A stretch of DNA of 64,000 nt. Origin: Truepera sp. GTDB taxonomy: Bacteria > Deinococcota > Deinococci > Deinococcales > Trueperaceae. The translations under genes were made by a program, and so were the position numbers. The stretch is taken from positions 160,001 through 224,000 of the forward strand of contig CBDCKW010000009.1 of NCBI GenBank assembly GCA_965218435.1. The letters run 5' to 3'. The notes below the pieces were generated by a model that was not told the DNA's origin, ran no database searches, and was given only the letters and a program-made list of their open reading frames with translations. This document shows positions 38,787 to 49,421 of the stretch, piece by piece (the first letter of the stretch is position 1; every line of letters starts with the position of its first letter).

Positions 38787-39081
38787 CATATTATTAGGTG
38801 GTGCAAAGCCAGTACTGGGTTCTGTGACTCTTCAGTTCACCTGTCACGATGTTTGCCGTTTAACACGAGTCGGTATTCAATCAGCAGCCGGAAATTTTGA
38901 ACGGTTCTTTATAACGTTTGTCACAAGCTTATCCACGTTTTTCAAAAACACATATCCACATAGCCCAAGTCAGACTCGGTCAGTTACATCAGCTTTTCGG
39001 CGGCCTCGAGAAAGTGTTAGGCGAGGTGTGAGCGCGTTAGATAGAGCGTGTTGGGAATATGGGTTGGGCTACGGCAAAAAG

Positions 39082-40641
39082 CTACCGCACCGCTGCCCCG
39101 TCTACCGTAACAAACGTATCAGTGGCAGCGGCATTTTTCGTGCCGGTCAGCCGGAGCGTCAAAACGTGCTCGCCGGAGCGGAGTTCGGGGCTCGTATACA
39201 CAGCTTGTTTGCCCCGGCGGATCGGCGCGTAGTAGTCCACCGGCGTGGCCCGCTTCCCGTCTATAGCCACCGCCGCAATCCCGTGACCGGGGTCTTTCGC
39301 GCCGTAAAGCGTCACCCGCGAACCGTAAAAGCGGAAGCTGACTTCGGCTCCGGCGACGTTGGTAAAGTGGTCATCACCCGCAAAACAGTCGTCGGCACAT
39401 TCTGCGCCGTAGCTCCACAGGTCGCTGTACGCGAACTGCCCTCCTGCACGCCCGGTGGTGGCGTTGTTGACGAAAGTGTCCGGCACTTCGCCGGTCGCGT
39501 AAAAAGTTTTGCACGGCCCCCCGCTGTAATCGCTGGCTAGCTCGAGCACCCGCTTACCCCCACCCAAAGGCAAGAGGGGTGAAGAATAGTTGGGGCAGTA
39601 GTTGTTAAACGCTTCCGGAACTTTCACAGGCGCGGGTATCTCAAACCAGGTGCCCTCACCGTTCGCCAGATTGACCATCAGCGTGGTACCGTTGCCTTTG
39701 GCGAGGCTGCCGTCTTCATTATTTAACAGCTGGCCGGCCAGCAACAGTTTTCCGTCAGGCGTGACCGTAAAGGTCGGCGCGTGGGTAAAGTACGCGCCGG
39801 TATTACTCTGAATACGCTGCCCCAAGTCGGTTGGACTCCCCCAGTCGTCACCATTTTGCGAGCGCCGGTAAAAAACGGCGCAATCATACTGTCCGGGCAG
39901 GGCGCATATTTCGTAAGTCATAAAGTAAGAACCGTCGTTTAGAGGTCGCACCACGGGCATACCAGGTCGGTAGCTGGGATTACTCGCCGCGACCGTGTAC
40001 TTTTTTTCTCCCCAGGTTTTGCCGCCGTCTTCGCTGACGACTCTAGCCAGCAGCTGATTGTAGCGGGGTTGTTCGGTCTCGTCGGCGAAATGGCAGACCA
40101 AGCGCCCTTTTTTATCAACGGAGAATTCGGGTTCCCAGAGGCCGCCGCTGTTGGGCGCTACGGCGCAGCTCGAGAGGTAACGCCAACTGCGGCCCACGTC
40201 GGTACTCCGCCAGATACGCAGCGCCATCCGCCGCGCCGACCCCGAGTCTTGCCCGACTGACGCTGCCCACAACAGTGTCCCAGCCGGGGTAGCGCCGACT
40301 TGTTGCGGCACCTCGTAGAGCGTCGCGCAGCACAAGCCTCTGCCCCCTGCTGCGTCCGGGTCGGCGACCATCCCGACTTGCGCAAAGCTTTTGCCGCCGT
40401 CGGTGCTCTCATAAATTGCGCCTAAACCGTCGCCAGCTTCAAACGTGACAACGCTGGCGAGAATCCGGCCGTTCGCCTCTCCTGCTGTTTTACCTGCTAT
40501 TTTACTGTGTGCCAGCTGCACCGCCCTGGGATAGAGCCCTACGCCGTCACGCAGCAACGTCTCGGTCGGCGAACCCTGAGCGCCGCCTACAGCAAGGCTC
40601 ACGCCAAGCAGCGTGCCGATAAAGATAGCTCCGAACTTCAT
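39082..40641 (-). CDS. Secreted BNR/Asp-box beta-propeller glycosidase (GH93 exo-arabinanase/sialidase-like) with C-terminal beta-sandwich domain
   Basis: Signal peptide; YPR, S.DGG.(S/T)(F/W) Asp boxes, LWEPEF, RPGMPVV, MTYE; C-terminal F.G..V.LYG.K.P.HG.A.V.IDG. Confidence 0.75.
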   Translation of the reverse strand: MKFGAIFIGTLLGVSLAVGGAQGSPTETLLRDGVGLYPRAVQLAHSKIAGKTAGEANGRILASVVTFEAGDGLGAIYESTDGGKSFAQVGMVADPDAAGGRGLCCATLYEVPQQVGATPAGTLLWAASVGQDSGSARRMALRIWRSTDVGRSWRYLSSCAVAPNSGGLWEPEFSVDKKGRLVCHFADETEQPRYNQLLARVVSEDGGKTWGEKKYTVAASNPSYRPGMPVVRPLNDGSYFMTYEICALPGQYDCAVFYRRSQNGDDWGSPTDLGQRIQSNTGAYFTHAPTFTVTPDGKLLLAGQLLNNEDGSLAKGNGTTLMVNLANGEGTWFEIPAPVKVPEAFNNYCPNYSSPLLPLGGGKRVLELASDYSGGPCKTFYATGEVPDTFVNNATTGRAGGQFAYSDLWSYGAECADDCFAGDDHFTNVAGAEVSFRFYGSRVTLYGAKDPGHGIAAVAIDGKRATPVDYYAPIRRGKQAVYTSPELRSGEHVLTLRLTGTKNAAATDTFVTVDGAAVR

Positions 40642-40735
40642 CCTTCACCTCTTTTCCGGATTTTTAGTCACACCCGGTTGGTTTATGTTAAGGAAATACC
40701 TTAGCAGGTTTGAGAGAGTGCGGTGCCGCTGAAGC

Positions 40736-42205
40736 TCAAGTTAGCGGCAACGCCGACCAGTCGTGCGTGGCGCTGCGGATAATTTTACGGTCGCCGTCGG
40801 TCCAGTGCTCACGGTAGTAACTGCAAACCTCGAAGGTATCGTGAATCTCAGCTAAGCGCGTTTTGAGGCTGTTGCGAAAGTGTGTCAGCGTCTCTCGGTA
40901 GTTAGAGTTTCCCGCCAAGTTCGTCAGCTGATACGGGTCGTTTCGGTGGTCAAACAAGAGTTCTTGGCCGTCTCGTTTATAGACCGCGTAGGTATAGCGT
41001 TTGTCACGGAGTGCGCGCCATTCGTGACCGTCTTGCCAAGCCGCCGTTGCGCCGCAGATCATCATCAGGGCGGCGTCCGGTTCCGGCCCCGGCTTCCCGA
41101 GTGCCAGATGCGCTAAATTCAGCCCTTCGGCGTCGGCTCGAGGCTCGAGCTCCAACAACCCGCACAGGGTCGGTTGCAGGTCAATCGTCCCGATACATGC
41201 GTCTGACACAAGTCCCGCCGGGATGTGTCCCGGCCAGCGCATGAGGAGCGGTACCCGGCAGGCTTCTTCGTAAAAGATATTTTTGGCGCGCCGCCCATGT
41301 GCGCCGAACATCTCGCCGTGGTCCGAGGTAAGGACAAAAAGCGTATTGTCGGCTAAGCCTTGGTGCTCGAGTGCCCCCAATAGCCGCCCCAAGTTCCAGT
41401 CAATGTTCGCCACCTGTGCATAATAGTTTTTGCGCCACCGGCTCAGCTCGCTGCGCTCTTCGTCACTGAGCTTGGCCCAGTTGTCGCTGTAAGGGTCGTT
41501 TTCGGGGCTGTAGTTGGGCGGATTGGGAAAATCGTGCGCGTCAAACTGTGAGCGAAAGGGCTCAGGGGTGTTCTCGTCGCTCCAGGGGTCGTGCGGCGGC
41601 CCCCACGACAGCACCACCGCAAAGGGCGCGTCGTTAGGTGGGTCGTCTTGGGCGCGGCGCTGCAAGTAGTCAATCGCAAGGTCGGTTTGCGCGTCGGCTT
41701 CGTAGACGCCCTCGCCGTAAAAAATCTTCTCAGGTGTGTCGGTGTGGTAGTACGCGCCGTAAGAGTCATGATGAAAATTGTAGGCGTACCACTCGCCGTC
41801 AAAACCGAGGCGGTCGGGTCCGGGCGGGACGAACGAGTTTTTAGGGTCGTCGTGGTGACCGAGCTCGTTCGCGTAAAGGTGCCACTTGCCGATATAGCAG
41901 GTGTCGCAACCGCCGTCAGTTAAGACGTGTCCGAGACAACGTTGATGGGGGTTGATGCGCAGTTCGTTGATGACCATCCCATTCGAGGTGGTGTAGAGCC
42001 CGGTCAAGAGTGCGGCGCGGTAGGCCGTGCAGACGGGCGCGGTGGCAACGGTCTGGGTGAAGTTCACGCCTTCAGCGGCCAGCGCGTCCATGTTCGGCGT
42101 CCGGGCACGTTCGTCTCCGGCAAACCCGCAAGACTGAACGCGCAGCTGGTCGGCAAAGACGTAGACGAGGTTAGGCTGTTTGCTGGCTTGTTTGCCTTGG
42201 GTCAT
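40736..42205 (-). CDS. Sulfatase family protein
   Basis: PNLVYVFADQLR, CTAYRAALLTG (CxAxR), GKWHL, PPHDP, TSDHG, EE..RVP. Confidence 0.92.
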   Translation of the reverse strand: MTQGKQASKQPNLVYVFADQLRVQSCGFAGDERARTPNMDALAAEGVNFTQTVATAPVCTAYRAALLTGLYTTSNGMVINELRINPHQRCLGHVLTDGGCDTCYIGKWHLYANELGHHDDPKNSFVPPGPDRLGFDGEWYAYNFHHDSYGAYYHTDTPEKIFYGEGVYEADAQTDLAIDYLQRRAQDDPPNDAPFAVVLSWGPPHDPWSDENTPEPFRSQFDAHDFPNPPNYSPENDPYSDNWAKLSDEERSELSRWRKNYYAQVANIDWNLGRLLGALEHQGLADNTLFVLTSDHGEMFGAHGRRAKNIFYEEACRVPLLMRWPGHIPAGLVSDACIGTIDLQPTLCGLLELEPRADAEGLNLAHLALGKPGPEPDAALMMICGATAAWQDGHEWRALRDKRYTYAVYKRDGQELLFDHRNDPYQLTNLAGNSNYRETLTHFRNSLKTRLAEIHDTFEVCSYYREHWTDGDRKIIRSATHDWSALPLT

Positions 42206-42309
42206 CGTTTCTCCTTGATAAATGCCAGGCGTAGCTGCTGCCAAGTTAACCTGTTAGTCTAGCGGTTACAAGCAAGCTCGGCCTCAACGTTTCAGCCAGT
42301 TAGCTTAGC

Positions 42310-42327
42310 AACTGGTTGAAACCAGTT
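42310..42327. promoter_or_regulatory. Palindromic operator-like site upstream of the sulfatase
   Basis: AACTGGTT-GA-AACCAGTT. Confidence 0.45.
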
Positions 42328-42640
42328 CAAAAAGAGCTTGGCAGGGCTAGGCGAGCGAGACAAAACGTCAGTTTAAGTTTGGTAACAACATGCTTGGCAC
42401 ACCCGAAATTTTAAGAGTAATCAATGAATGGCTGCATATTTAGTGCGGCGGTTGCGCTCAACTACTGCCTAACGCTTGGGGTCAGGGACTGCAACGGTGT
42501 TTAGCGTTGGTTTCAGTGTAGTTCAGCATGATTTAAGGCAACCTCGAGAACTTTGACAAAACGAGTTGACCTTATAGTGATTGGTCAAGCGACCTACGTT
42601 GCCACCACCGAGTTAGACCCACACCTAAGGCAAAAGTTAT

Positions 42641-43516
42641 TTAGCCCATACTGTTTTTTAGATGCTGCAAACTCCCGGCAACTTCAGCTTCACTAAGCCC
42701 ATGAAGGAGAATGGCTCCGCCAAACCCAATCTCTCGCAAAAGCCTCAGATAGTGCCTGTAGTCAAGCTTTCCTTTCCCTGCGGCTACGTCTCCTGCTTGA
42801 CCATCTTCTACAATGTCTTTGGCGTGAGCCAGAACAATGTCCGCTGCCAAAAGGTGGGCAGCCTCGGTCATAAGCTGATGCATGTGATTTAGACCCCCTT
42901 TGGGGAAGATATTGGCAGGGTCAAAGATAACTTTAAGCCGAGGGGAAGCTATCTCAGCTAGCAAGCCTCGAGCCTTTCTGGGAGAGTCGATAACCAGATT
43001 GACCTCGGGCTCAAAGGCCAGCACCCGGTCGTAGGTTTCTGCCATAGCGAGCGCCTCGCTTAGGGAGTCAAGCAGGTCTCGATAGGCTTGGGGTTCGTGA
43101 TTAGCCGGGTGATAACGCCACATTTGCTCCGGGTCACGGGTACCGGTGCAAAGCGCCAGTATCTCGATGTCAAGTGCTTTTGCCAGCTTCATCAGCGGCT
43201 CGAGCTGCCTTAAGCCCGCGTTACGCTGTTCTTTATCAGGGTGAATCATATTAAAGTAGGCAGCCAGCGAAACTATCGTAATGCCTTGTTCCCGGCAGGC
43301 GCTTTGTACCTTTTGGATGAGCCCCTCACTTATCGACGCTGCTAAAGGTAACGTATCCGTCCCTGCTAAGGTTGCCAAGCCCAACGAACTCAAATTTAGT
43401 TCGATGGTCGCCATCCCGTGAGCCTTAACAGCCTCTAGCACGCCCTTAAAATTTGAAGACTTAAAGGTATTGGCAAAAATACCTATCGGGTTAGCTGGGT
43501 TCTCGAGGTGTTCCAT
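42641..43516 (-). CDS. Sugar phosphate isomerase/epimerase (TIM barrel)
   Basis: FNMIHPD, LCTGTRD, FEPE, DPAN, HAKD, G.G.LDY. Confidence 0.85.
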   Translation of the reverse strand: MEHLENPANPIGIFANTFKSSNFKGVLEAVKAHGMATIELNLSSLGLATLAGTDTLPLAASISEGLIQKVQSACREQGITIVSLAAYFNMIHPDKEQRNAGLRQLEPLMKLAKALDIEILALCTGTRDPEQMWRYHPANHEPQAYRDLLDSLSEALAMAETYDRVLAFEPEVNLVIDSPRKARGLLAEIASPRLKVIFDPANIFPKGGLNHMHQLMTEAAHLLAADIVLAHAKDIVEDGQAGDVAAGKGKLDYRHYLRLLREIGFGGAILLHGLSEAEVAGSLQHLKNSMG

Positions 43517-43898
43517 TTAGTTATCCTTAGAATCGGTCTAAAACCTCTGTTCATCGGCGTCTTAGGTTGAAGATAACTTAACACCCATGTGTACTTTGCT
43601 ACCGATAAACATATCGCCGCTCCAACACAAAATGGAGTGCCTCTTTATGCGTACAACGGCCCGATAGACGCATGGGCTATACCGAATCTTAGTGCAATCA
43701 AACGGTTAGCTGATCGGGCTAAACAACGGCTGGTGTATCAAGTATGTTATGACCCTAAGTTTGCGCCGGAGCCCTGATAAGGAGTCCTAACATAAAAAGA
43801 GCTCTACATAAAGTAGGTGGCGGGGTCGCGGCAATACTGAGCTACGAGCAAAACTTCTAAGTGTTAAGACAACCCAAGTTGTAAACGGTCAGCTGAAC

Positions 43899-43928
43899 TT
43901 GACATATTGTCTGCCGGACTTTTATTAT
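43899..43928 (+). promoter_or_regulatory. Sigma70-type promoter about 400 nt upstream of the ABC operon
   Basis: TTGACA-N18-TATTAT. Confidence 0.5.
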
Positions 43929-44331
43929 GCGGGTGATCACATATAGAGAAGGTTGCCCAAAACGAGGGGAGACCTGTCGGCGACTTGTTGACTCAAAGCA
44001 GATGAAGGGACGCGCCCACCTCACTCGCGCTATGGGGGCTACTTTAGAGGTGATCTATCTTTAGGGAGGTGACGGTAGGACTAACCAGACTGAGCGGTGT
44101 TTTAGACGTAAGCACGAGTAAACGCGTAGCTGACGAAAGGAAAATTATGCTCGAGCTGTTGGGCTGTCTGGCTTTTACGGGGCTATCCTGACCGGCGCGC
44201 TCCGCTGCTACTCAGCCCGGTTCCAGGCCAACTTGTATCTGAATTTGCACGTGTCTAAGTGATCGCCTAAGTAATTGTCGCCGGCTCACCTATTCTCTAG
44301 CTGATAAATCAGCTCTTTCAGGAGGGACATC

Positions 44332-45645
44332 ATGAAGCGCAACCCCTTTGTACCGCTCTTTGCGGCGCTTTCCGTCACGCTTGTTAGCGTCGCCGTAGCG
44401 CAAGACACGCCCGAGCCCGAGGTTACCGAACTCGGCTCCGGCGGTACCCAGATTTCATTTTGGAACGGACTGTCGGGTTCCGACGGTGTCACGCTCAACC
44501 AGATGCTCCAACAGTTCGTTAAAGAGAACCCGGATATTTCGGTCCGCACCGAGATTATCGATTGGAACTCGCTTTACCCCAAACTCCAAGCCGCGTTTGT
44601 CGCCGGTCAGCCGCCCGATGTATTTCTGCTTCACGCTTCGGAGATTCCGCAGTTCCAGAGTCTCGGCGTCCTGAAAGACCTCAGCTACCTCTATGACACC
44701 AACGGGGGTCCGCTACCCGCAGCTGACTTTGCCGAACCCGGTTTCGACGGGGTGAAAGTAGATGGTGTTCCTTACGGCGTCGAACTCGACAACCACGGCC
44801 GCGGTACCTGGGCTAACTCAGACCTACTCAAAAAAGCCGGGGTCGAACCGAAAATCCCCAACAACTTTGATGACCTCGTGGCGATGTTGCAAAAGCTCAC
44901 ACTGGACAAAAACGGTAATAACGCGGCTTCGCCCGATTTTGACCCGGCCAATGTAACGCAGTGGGGTACGGCGCTCGGGGAATACCCGCTGGTTGACTTT
45001 GAAGGTTTTGTCTGGCAGCACGGCGGCAACATTATGAGTGAAGACGGCAAGACAGCGACGGTCAACTCTGAAGAGGCGATGGCCGCTTTGCAGCAGATGC
45101 ACGATATGATCTACAAGTATCACGTCTCACCGGCTCCGGCGGGGTTCGATACCTGGCAGAGCTGGGCGGGTGGCAAGGTTGCTATTCTCCCTACCGGTAC
45201 CTGGTTCCGTAACTTTGCTGCCGAACAGACCGATATCAAGTCGCAAGCCTTACCCTTTTTCCAGTTTGGTGCACAACCGGCGACCTGGTTTGGCGCACAT
45301 ACCTTTATGCTCCCGGCCAGTGCTTCAGGTGACAAGCTTGCCGCAGCCGAAAAGATGATCGAGTGGGTCAGCGATCATCAGGTGTTGTGGGCGGCGTCGG
45401 GTCAGGTACCTTCACGGGTCTCAGCACAAAAAGATCTGAGCTCGGAAAAATACCCGTCAAATATTACGATCGGTAAAACCTTCCGCGAGTACGGGCATAT
45501 GTCACCTGAAAGCAAGGCGGAATTGGAACTCAACGCCGCGCTCGATCCTGAGATAGGGTCCGCGCTCAACAACGACAAATCCGTCGAACAAGCACTGAAC
45601 GACGCAAATGCGCGGATGCAGGGGATTTTAGACCGTATCCAGTAG
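44332..45645 (+). CDS. Sugar ABC transporter solute-binding protein
   Basis: Signal peptide; FWNGLSGSDG, PPDV, G.W; GGAGGG RBS. Confidence 0.9.
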   Translation: MKRNPFVPLFAALSVTLVSVAVAQDTPEPEVTELGSGGTQISFWNGLSGSDGVTLNQMLQQFVKENPDISVRTEIIDWNSLYPKLQAAFVAGQPPDVFLLHASEIPQFQSLGVLKDLSYLYDTNGGPLPAADFAEPGFDGVKVDGVPYGVELDNHGRGTWANSDLLKKAGVEPKIPNNFDDLVAMLQKLTLDKNGNNAASPDFDPANVTQWGTALGEYPLVDFEGFVWQHGGNIMSEDGKTATVNSEEAMAALQQMHDMIYKYHVSPAPAGFDTWQSWAGGKVAILPTGTWFRNFAAEQTDIKSQALPFFQFGAQPATWFGAHTFMLPASASGDKLAAAEKMIEWVSDHQVLWAASGQVPSRVSAQKDLSSEKYPSNITIGKTFREYGHMSPESKAELELNAALDPEIGSALNNDKSVEQALNDANARMQGILDRIQ

Positions 45646-45664
45646 GGTATTCGTTCGCTAAAGG

Positions 45665-45692
45665 AGCGGGATCGGGTTGCCCTGATCCCGCT
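45665..45692. other. Intercistronic stem-loop after the solute-binding gene
   Basis: AGCGGGATCGGG-ttgc-CCTGATCCCGCT. Confidence 0.55.
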
Positions 45693-45711
45693 TAGTTTGA
45701 AGGAGTGCATT

Positions 45712-46650
45712 ATGGCAAAGGTGAAACCGTCACTCTCGAGTGCGGGCGCTAGGCAACAAGGCAAAAGGTTTGGTCTAGGTCTAAAGGGTCGCGAGGTCGC
45801 GGCTGCTTACTTGTTTCTCGCGCCGTTTCTCATCTTCTTCGCTATTTTCGTCGCTAGGGCTGTGGGTTACGCCGTCTACATGAGTTTTTTCGATTGGCCG
45901 GTGCTTTCTACGGTCAAACCGTTTATCGGCTTGGGTAACTATAAAGAGCTTATGAACGATAGCGTCTGGTGGCTGTCGCTAAAAAACACGCTTTATTTTG
46001 CGATTATGACGGTGATTGGGACTACCGTGGTCGCGTTATTTGCAGCGATGGCGATTACCCGGTTGAGGCATGCCCAGGGGTTTTTTCGCGTTGTTCTTTA
46101 TCTGCCAGGGCTCCTTTCGGTCGGGGTGATCGGGCTCACCTGGGTTTGGCTACTTAATACCCAGTTCGGCATTGTTAACTACGGCTTGAGCTTTTTCGGC
46201 GTGCGGCCGATTAACTGGTTGGGAGACGGTAAGCTGGTGATTCCGGCGCTCAGCTTGACCTCGATCTGGTGGGGTTTCGGCTTTCCCATGCTGATTTTTA
46301 TCGCTGGACTTCAGGGGATCCCCGAATCGCTCTACGAGGCGGCGCGGATAGATGGGGCGAAAAGTCGGCAAATTTTCCAGAGCATCACTTTGCCGCTTCT
46401 ACGCCCGACGATTTTGTTTGTGACCGTCACCGGGCTTATCGCTAACTTTCAGGTGTTCGGTCAGCCGTTCATCATGACGCGCGGCGGGCCAGGACGCGAC
46501 TCGTATACCGCGATTTTTTATCTTTACCAAGTCGCCTGGCAAGCGTTTCGCATGGGCTACGGCTCAGCGGTCGCGGTCGCTCTAGCGGTTATCGTCATTG
46601 CTGTCACCGTCGTTCAGTTTGCTATTTTGGGGCGACGGGTCGAGTACTGA
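45712..46650 (+). CDS. Sugar ABC permease
   Basis: FIGLGNY, GLQGIPESLYEAARIDGA, MTRGGP. Confidence 0.92.
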   Translation: MAKVKPSLSSAGARQQGKRFGLGLKGREVAAAYLFLAPFLIFFAIFVARAVGYAVYMSFFDWPVLSTVKPFIGLGNYKELMNDSVWWLSLKNTLYFAIMTVIGTTVVALFAAMAITRLRHAQGFFRVVLYLPGLLSVGVIGLTWVWLLNTQFGIVNYGLSFFGVRPINWLGDGKLVIPALSLTSIWWGFGFPMLIFIAGLQGIPESLYEAARIDGAKSRQIFQSITLPLLRPTILFVTVTGLIANFQVFGQPFIMTRGGPGRDSYTAIFYLYQVAWQAFRMGYGSAVAVALAVIVIAVTVVQFAILGRRVEY

Positions 46651-46682
46651 TTTCTATCAACCTCACCGAGTAAGGGGGCTTT

Positions 46683-47516
46683 ATGTCTAGCAAGCGCCGC
46701 AACATTCCGGCCTATGTGTATCTGATCATCTTGAGCTTAATCATTTTAGTGCCGCTCATTATCATTTTTTCACAGTCTTTGATGGGTAACCAAGAGATCA
46801 ACCGCTGGCCGCCGAAACTTATTACGTTGACGCCCAACTTTTCCAACTACGTCAACATGTTTACTCGGCAAGACCTGAAGTTAGCCCGCTGGTTGGCCAA
46901 CAGTATCTTCGCGGCAACGGCTTACACGCTGGCAGTCTTTGCCATCTGTGCGCCCGCGGCCTACGCGTTTGCGCGGCTCCGCTTTCCGGGGAACAATATC
47001 CTCTTTTTCCTGCTGCTGGCGACGGTGATGGTGCCAAGTCAAACAACGCTGATTCCCAACTTTCTCCTGATGCGCGACCTGCACTTTATTGACACCTTTA
47101 ACGCGCTGATTTGGCCGGGGGCGGCCAATGTGTTTGCGGTGTTCTTGCTCCGGCAGTTTTTTATGCAGCTTCCTAGGGAACTTGAGGAAGCCGCGGTGCT
47201 CGACGGGGCGAGCTATTGGGGGCGGTTCTGGCGGATTGTGATGCCGCTGTCAACCAACGCGCTCACGGCGCTCGGGATTTTCGTCTTTTTAGCGCACTAT
47301 AACGACCTGTTCTGGCCACTGATTGTCACCAACAGCATCGAGATGCGCACGCTTCCAGTTGGTTTGACCCTGCTCAACTTTTCCTATGGCGGCATGGAGC
47401 GCCCCTTGGTTTTAGCCGGGGCAGTCTTTGCGTCGGTGCCGATTTTAATCGTGTACGTCTTGTTTCAGCGGCAAATTATCGAAGGGGTGACGATGACCGG
47501 GATGGGTGGACGGTAG
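46683..47516 (+). CDS. Sugar ABC permease
   Basis: AYAFARLRFPG, LPRELEEAAVLDGA, FQRQIIEG. Confidence 0.92.
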   Translation: MSSKRRNIPAYVYLIILSLIILVPLIIIFSQSLMGNQEINRWPPKLITLTPNFSNYVNMFTRQDLKLARWLANSIFAATAYTLAVFAICAPAAYAFARLRFPGNNILFFLLLATVMVPSQTTLIPNFLLMRDLHFIDTFNALIWPGAANVFAVFLLRQFFMQLPRELEEAAVLDGASYWGRFWRIVMPLSTNALTALGIFVFLAHYNDLFWPLIVTNSIEMRTLPVGLTLLNFSYGGMERPLVLAGAVFASVPILIVYVLFQRQIIEGVTMTGMGGR

Positions 47517-47567
47517 TGTGAGGGTTGTAAACCTACTGAGTGTAACCCCGGCGGCTTCGCCCCATTT

Positions 47568-49421
47568 ATGCATGGCTACCACGTGCCGTTAAGGATAGTT
47601 AGGCGAGGTGTCGTATCCAAGCCCAAGCTCGAGCGGACGTTCAAGCTGGTCAGCCTTACGGCCGTTGCCTGTGTGGTCGGCTGCGCAGCACTAGCCGCTG
47701 CTCCCTGGCAAACAAAGGAGAGTCCCTTGATGACGCGTTGGGCCGAAGAGGTCACGCCGGAAAACGTTCACGCCGAGTATCCGCGCCCGCAGCTGGTCCG
47801 GGAGCGGTGGCGCAACCTCAACGGGTTGTGGGAGTTTGCGCTACAACCGGCGCTAAACAGAGAGGAACCCATGGCGTTTGACCAAACCATCTTGGTACCA
47901 TTTCCCCCTGAATCCGCGCTTTCAGGTGTGATGACGCGTGTGGACGGTCAACGCCTCTGGTATCGCCGCACCTTTGCGGTGCCGAAAGCGTGGGCGGGGC
48001 AGCGCGTCTTGCTGCACTTCGGCGCAGTGGATTGGGACACGTCCGTCTGGCTCAACGGCGCTCAAGTTGGCGAGCACAAGGGCGGCTACGACTCGTTTTC
48101 TTTCGACATTACCGACGCCGTAAAAGATGAGGGTCAGCAGACGCTGACGCTCAGCGTGTGGGACCCGTCGGATTCTTGGACGCAGCCACGTGGCAAACAG
48201 GTTGGGCGGCCTGAAGGCATCTGGTACACCCCGAGTTCGGGGATTTGGCAAACAGTCTGGCTCGAGCCCGTCCCGCAAACGCATATCACGGGGCTAAAGC
48301 TCGAGCCTGACGTTGACGCGGGCGTCCTCAAGGTAAGTGCTGCTACGGCTGGGGGTAAAGGCGACTATACCGTCGAAGTTTCTGTGCTGGACGGGAAAGC
48401 TGTCGCTGAGGCTACCGGAGCTGTCGGTCAAACGCTTTCGTTACCTATTGCCAACGCTAAACTCTGGTCACCGGATCATCCGTTTTTGTATGACCTTTCG
48501 GTTCGTTTACTGCAATCCGGCAAGGTGATCGACCAAGTAACGAGCTACGCTGGGATGCGTAAAATTTCGCTCGGTCAAGACGAGGCGGGCGTCACCCGCT
48601 TACTCCTCAACAACCAGCCGCTGTTTCAGTTCGGCGTACTAGACCAGGGCTTTTGGCCCGATGGTCTTTACACCGCGCCCACCGACGACGCCCTCCGCTA
48701 CGACCTGGAAGCTGCCAAAAAGCTCGGTTTTAACACCGTGCGTAAACACGTCAAGGTCGAACCGGCCCGCTGGTACTACTGGGCGGATAAACTTGGGGTG
48801 TTGGTGTGGCAAGATATGCCGAGCGGTGACGCGCTCGTCGACCAAGGTGAAGGTGAATTAAAGCGCGACAAAGACTCGGCCGAGCAGTTTGAGTTAGAAC
48901 TTAAACGCCTGCTTGACACCCACATAAATCACCCTTCTATCATAATGTGGGTTTTGTTTAACGAAGGCTGGGGGCAGTACGACACCGTGCGGCTGACCGA
49001 GTGGCTGAAAACGTATGACCCCTCGAGGCTCGTTGATAGCGTCAGCGGGTGGAACGACATGAACGTCGGCGATGTTCACGATATTCATAACTACCCCGAC
49101 CCGCTCGCGCCGCCGCAAGAACCAAACCGCGCCGCTGTACTAGGCGAATTCGGCGGTCTCGGGTTACCCCTTAAAGGGCACACCTGGCAAGACCAAGCCA
49201 ACTGGGGCTACCAAGACTACAAAAACGCAGACGCACTTTTAAGCGCGTACCGAACGATGCTAAAAACTGTTCGTACCCTCAGCGAATCGCAGGGTCTGGC
49301 CGCCGCTATCTATACCCAACTGACCGATGTTGAAACTGAAGTGAACGGTCTGCTGACTTATGATAGAGCGCAGTTCAAACTGCCTGAAACGCCCTTTCTA
49401 AATGGAGCGGGGACAAAGTAA
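47568..49421 (+). CDS. Glycoside hydrolase family 2 protein, probably secreted (start uncertain)
   Basis: EYPRPQL, LNGLWEF, LHFGAVDW, LDQGFWPDG, RKHVKVEP, FNEGWG, GEFGG, E.NGLLTYDR. Confidence 0.9.
   Translation: MHGYHVPLRIVRRGVVSKPKLERTFKLVSLTAVACVVGCAALAAAPWQTKESPLMTRWAEEVTPENVHAEYPRPQLVRERWRNLNGLWEFALQPALNREEPMAFDQTILVPFPPESALSGVMTRVDGQRLWYRRTFAVPKAWAGQRVLLHFGAVDWDTSVWLNGAQVGEHKGGYDSFSFDITDAVKDEGQQTLTLSVWDPSDSWTQPRGKQVGRPEGIWYTPSSGIWQTVWLEPVPQTHITGLKLEPDVDAGVLKVSAATAGGKGDYTVEVSVLDGKAVAEATGAVGQTLSLPIANAKLWSPDHPFLYDLSVRLLQSGKVIDQVTSYAGMRKISLGQDEAGVTRLLLNNQPLFQFGVLDQGFWPDGLYTAPTDDALRYDLEAAKKLGFNTVRKHVKVEPARWYYWADKLGVLVWQDMPSGDALVDQGEGELKRDKDSAEQFELELKRLLDTHINHPSIIMWVLFNEGWGQYDTVRLTEWLKTYDPSRLVDSVSGWNDMNVGDVHDIHNYPDPLAPPQEPNRAAVLGEFGGLGLPLKGHTWQDQANWGYQDYKNADALLSAYRTMLKTVRTLSESQGLAAAIYTQLTDVETEVNGLLTYDRAQFKLPETPFLNGAGTK

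Noticed and set aside
38929..38960. Two DnaA-box-like 9-mers (TTATCCACG, ATATCCACA)
   Set aside because: Only two imperfect boxes, with no dnaA, rep or par gene nearby; insufficient for an origin.
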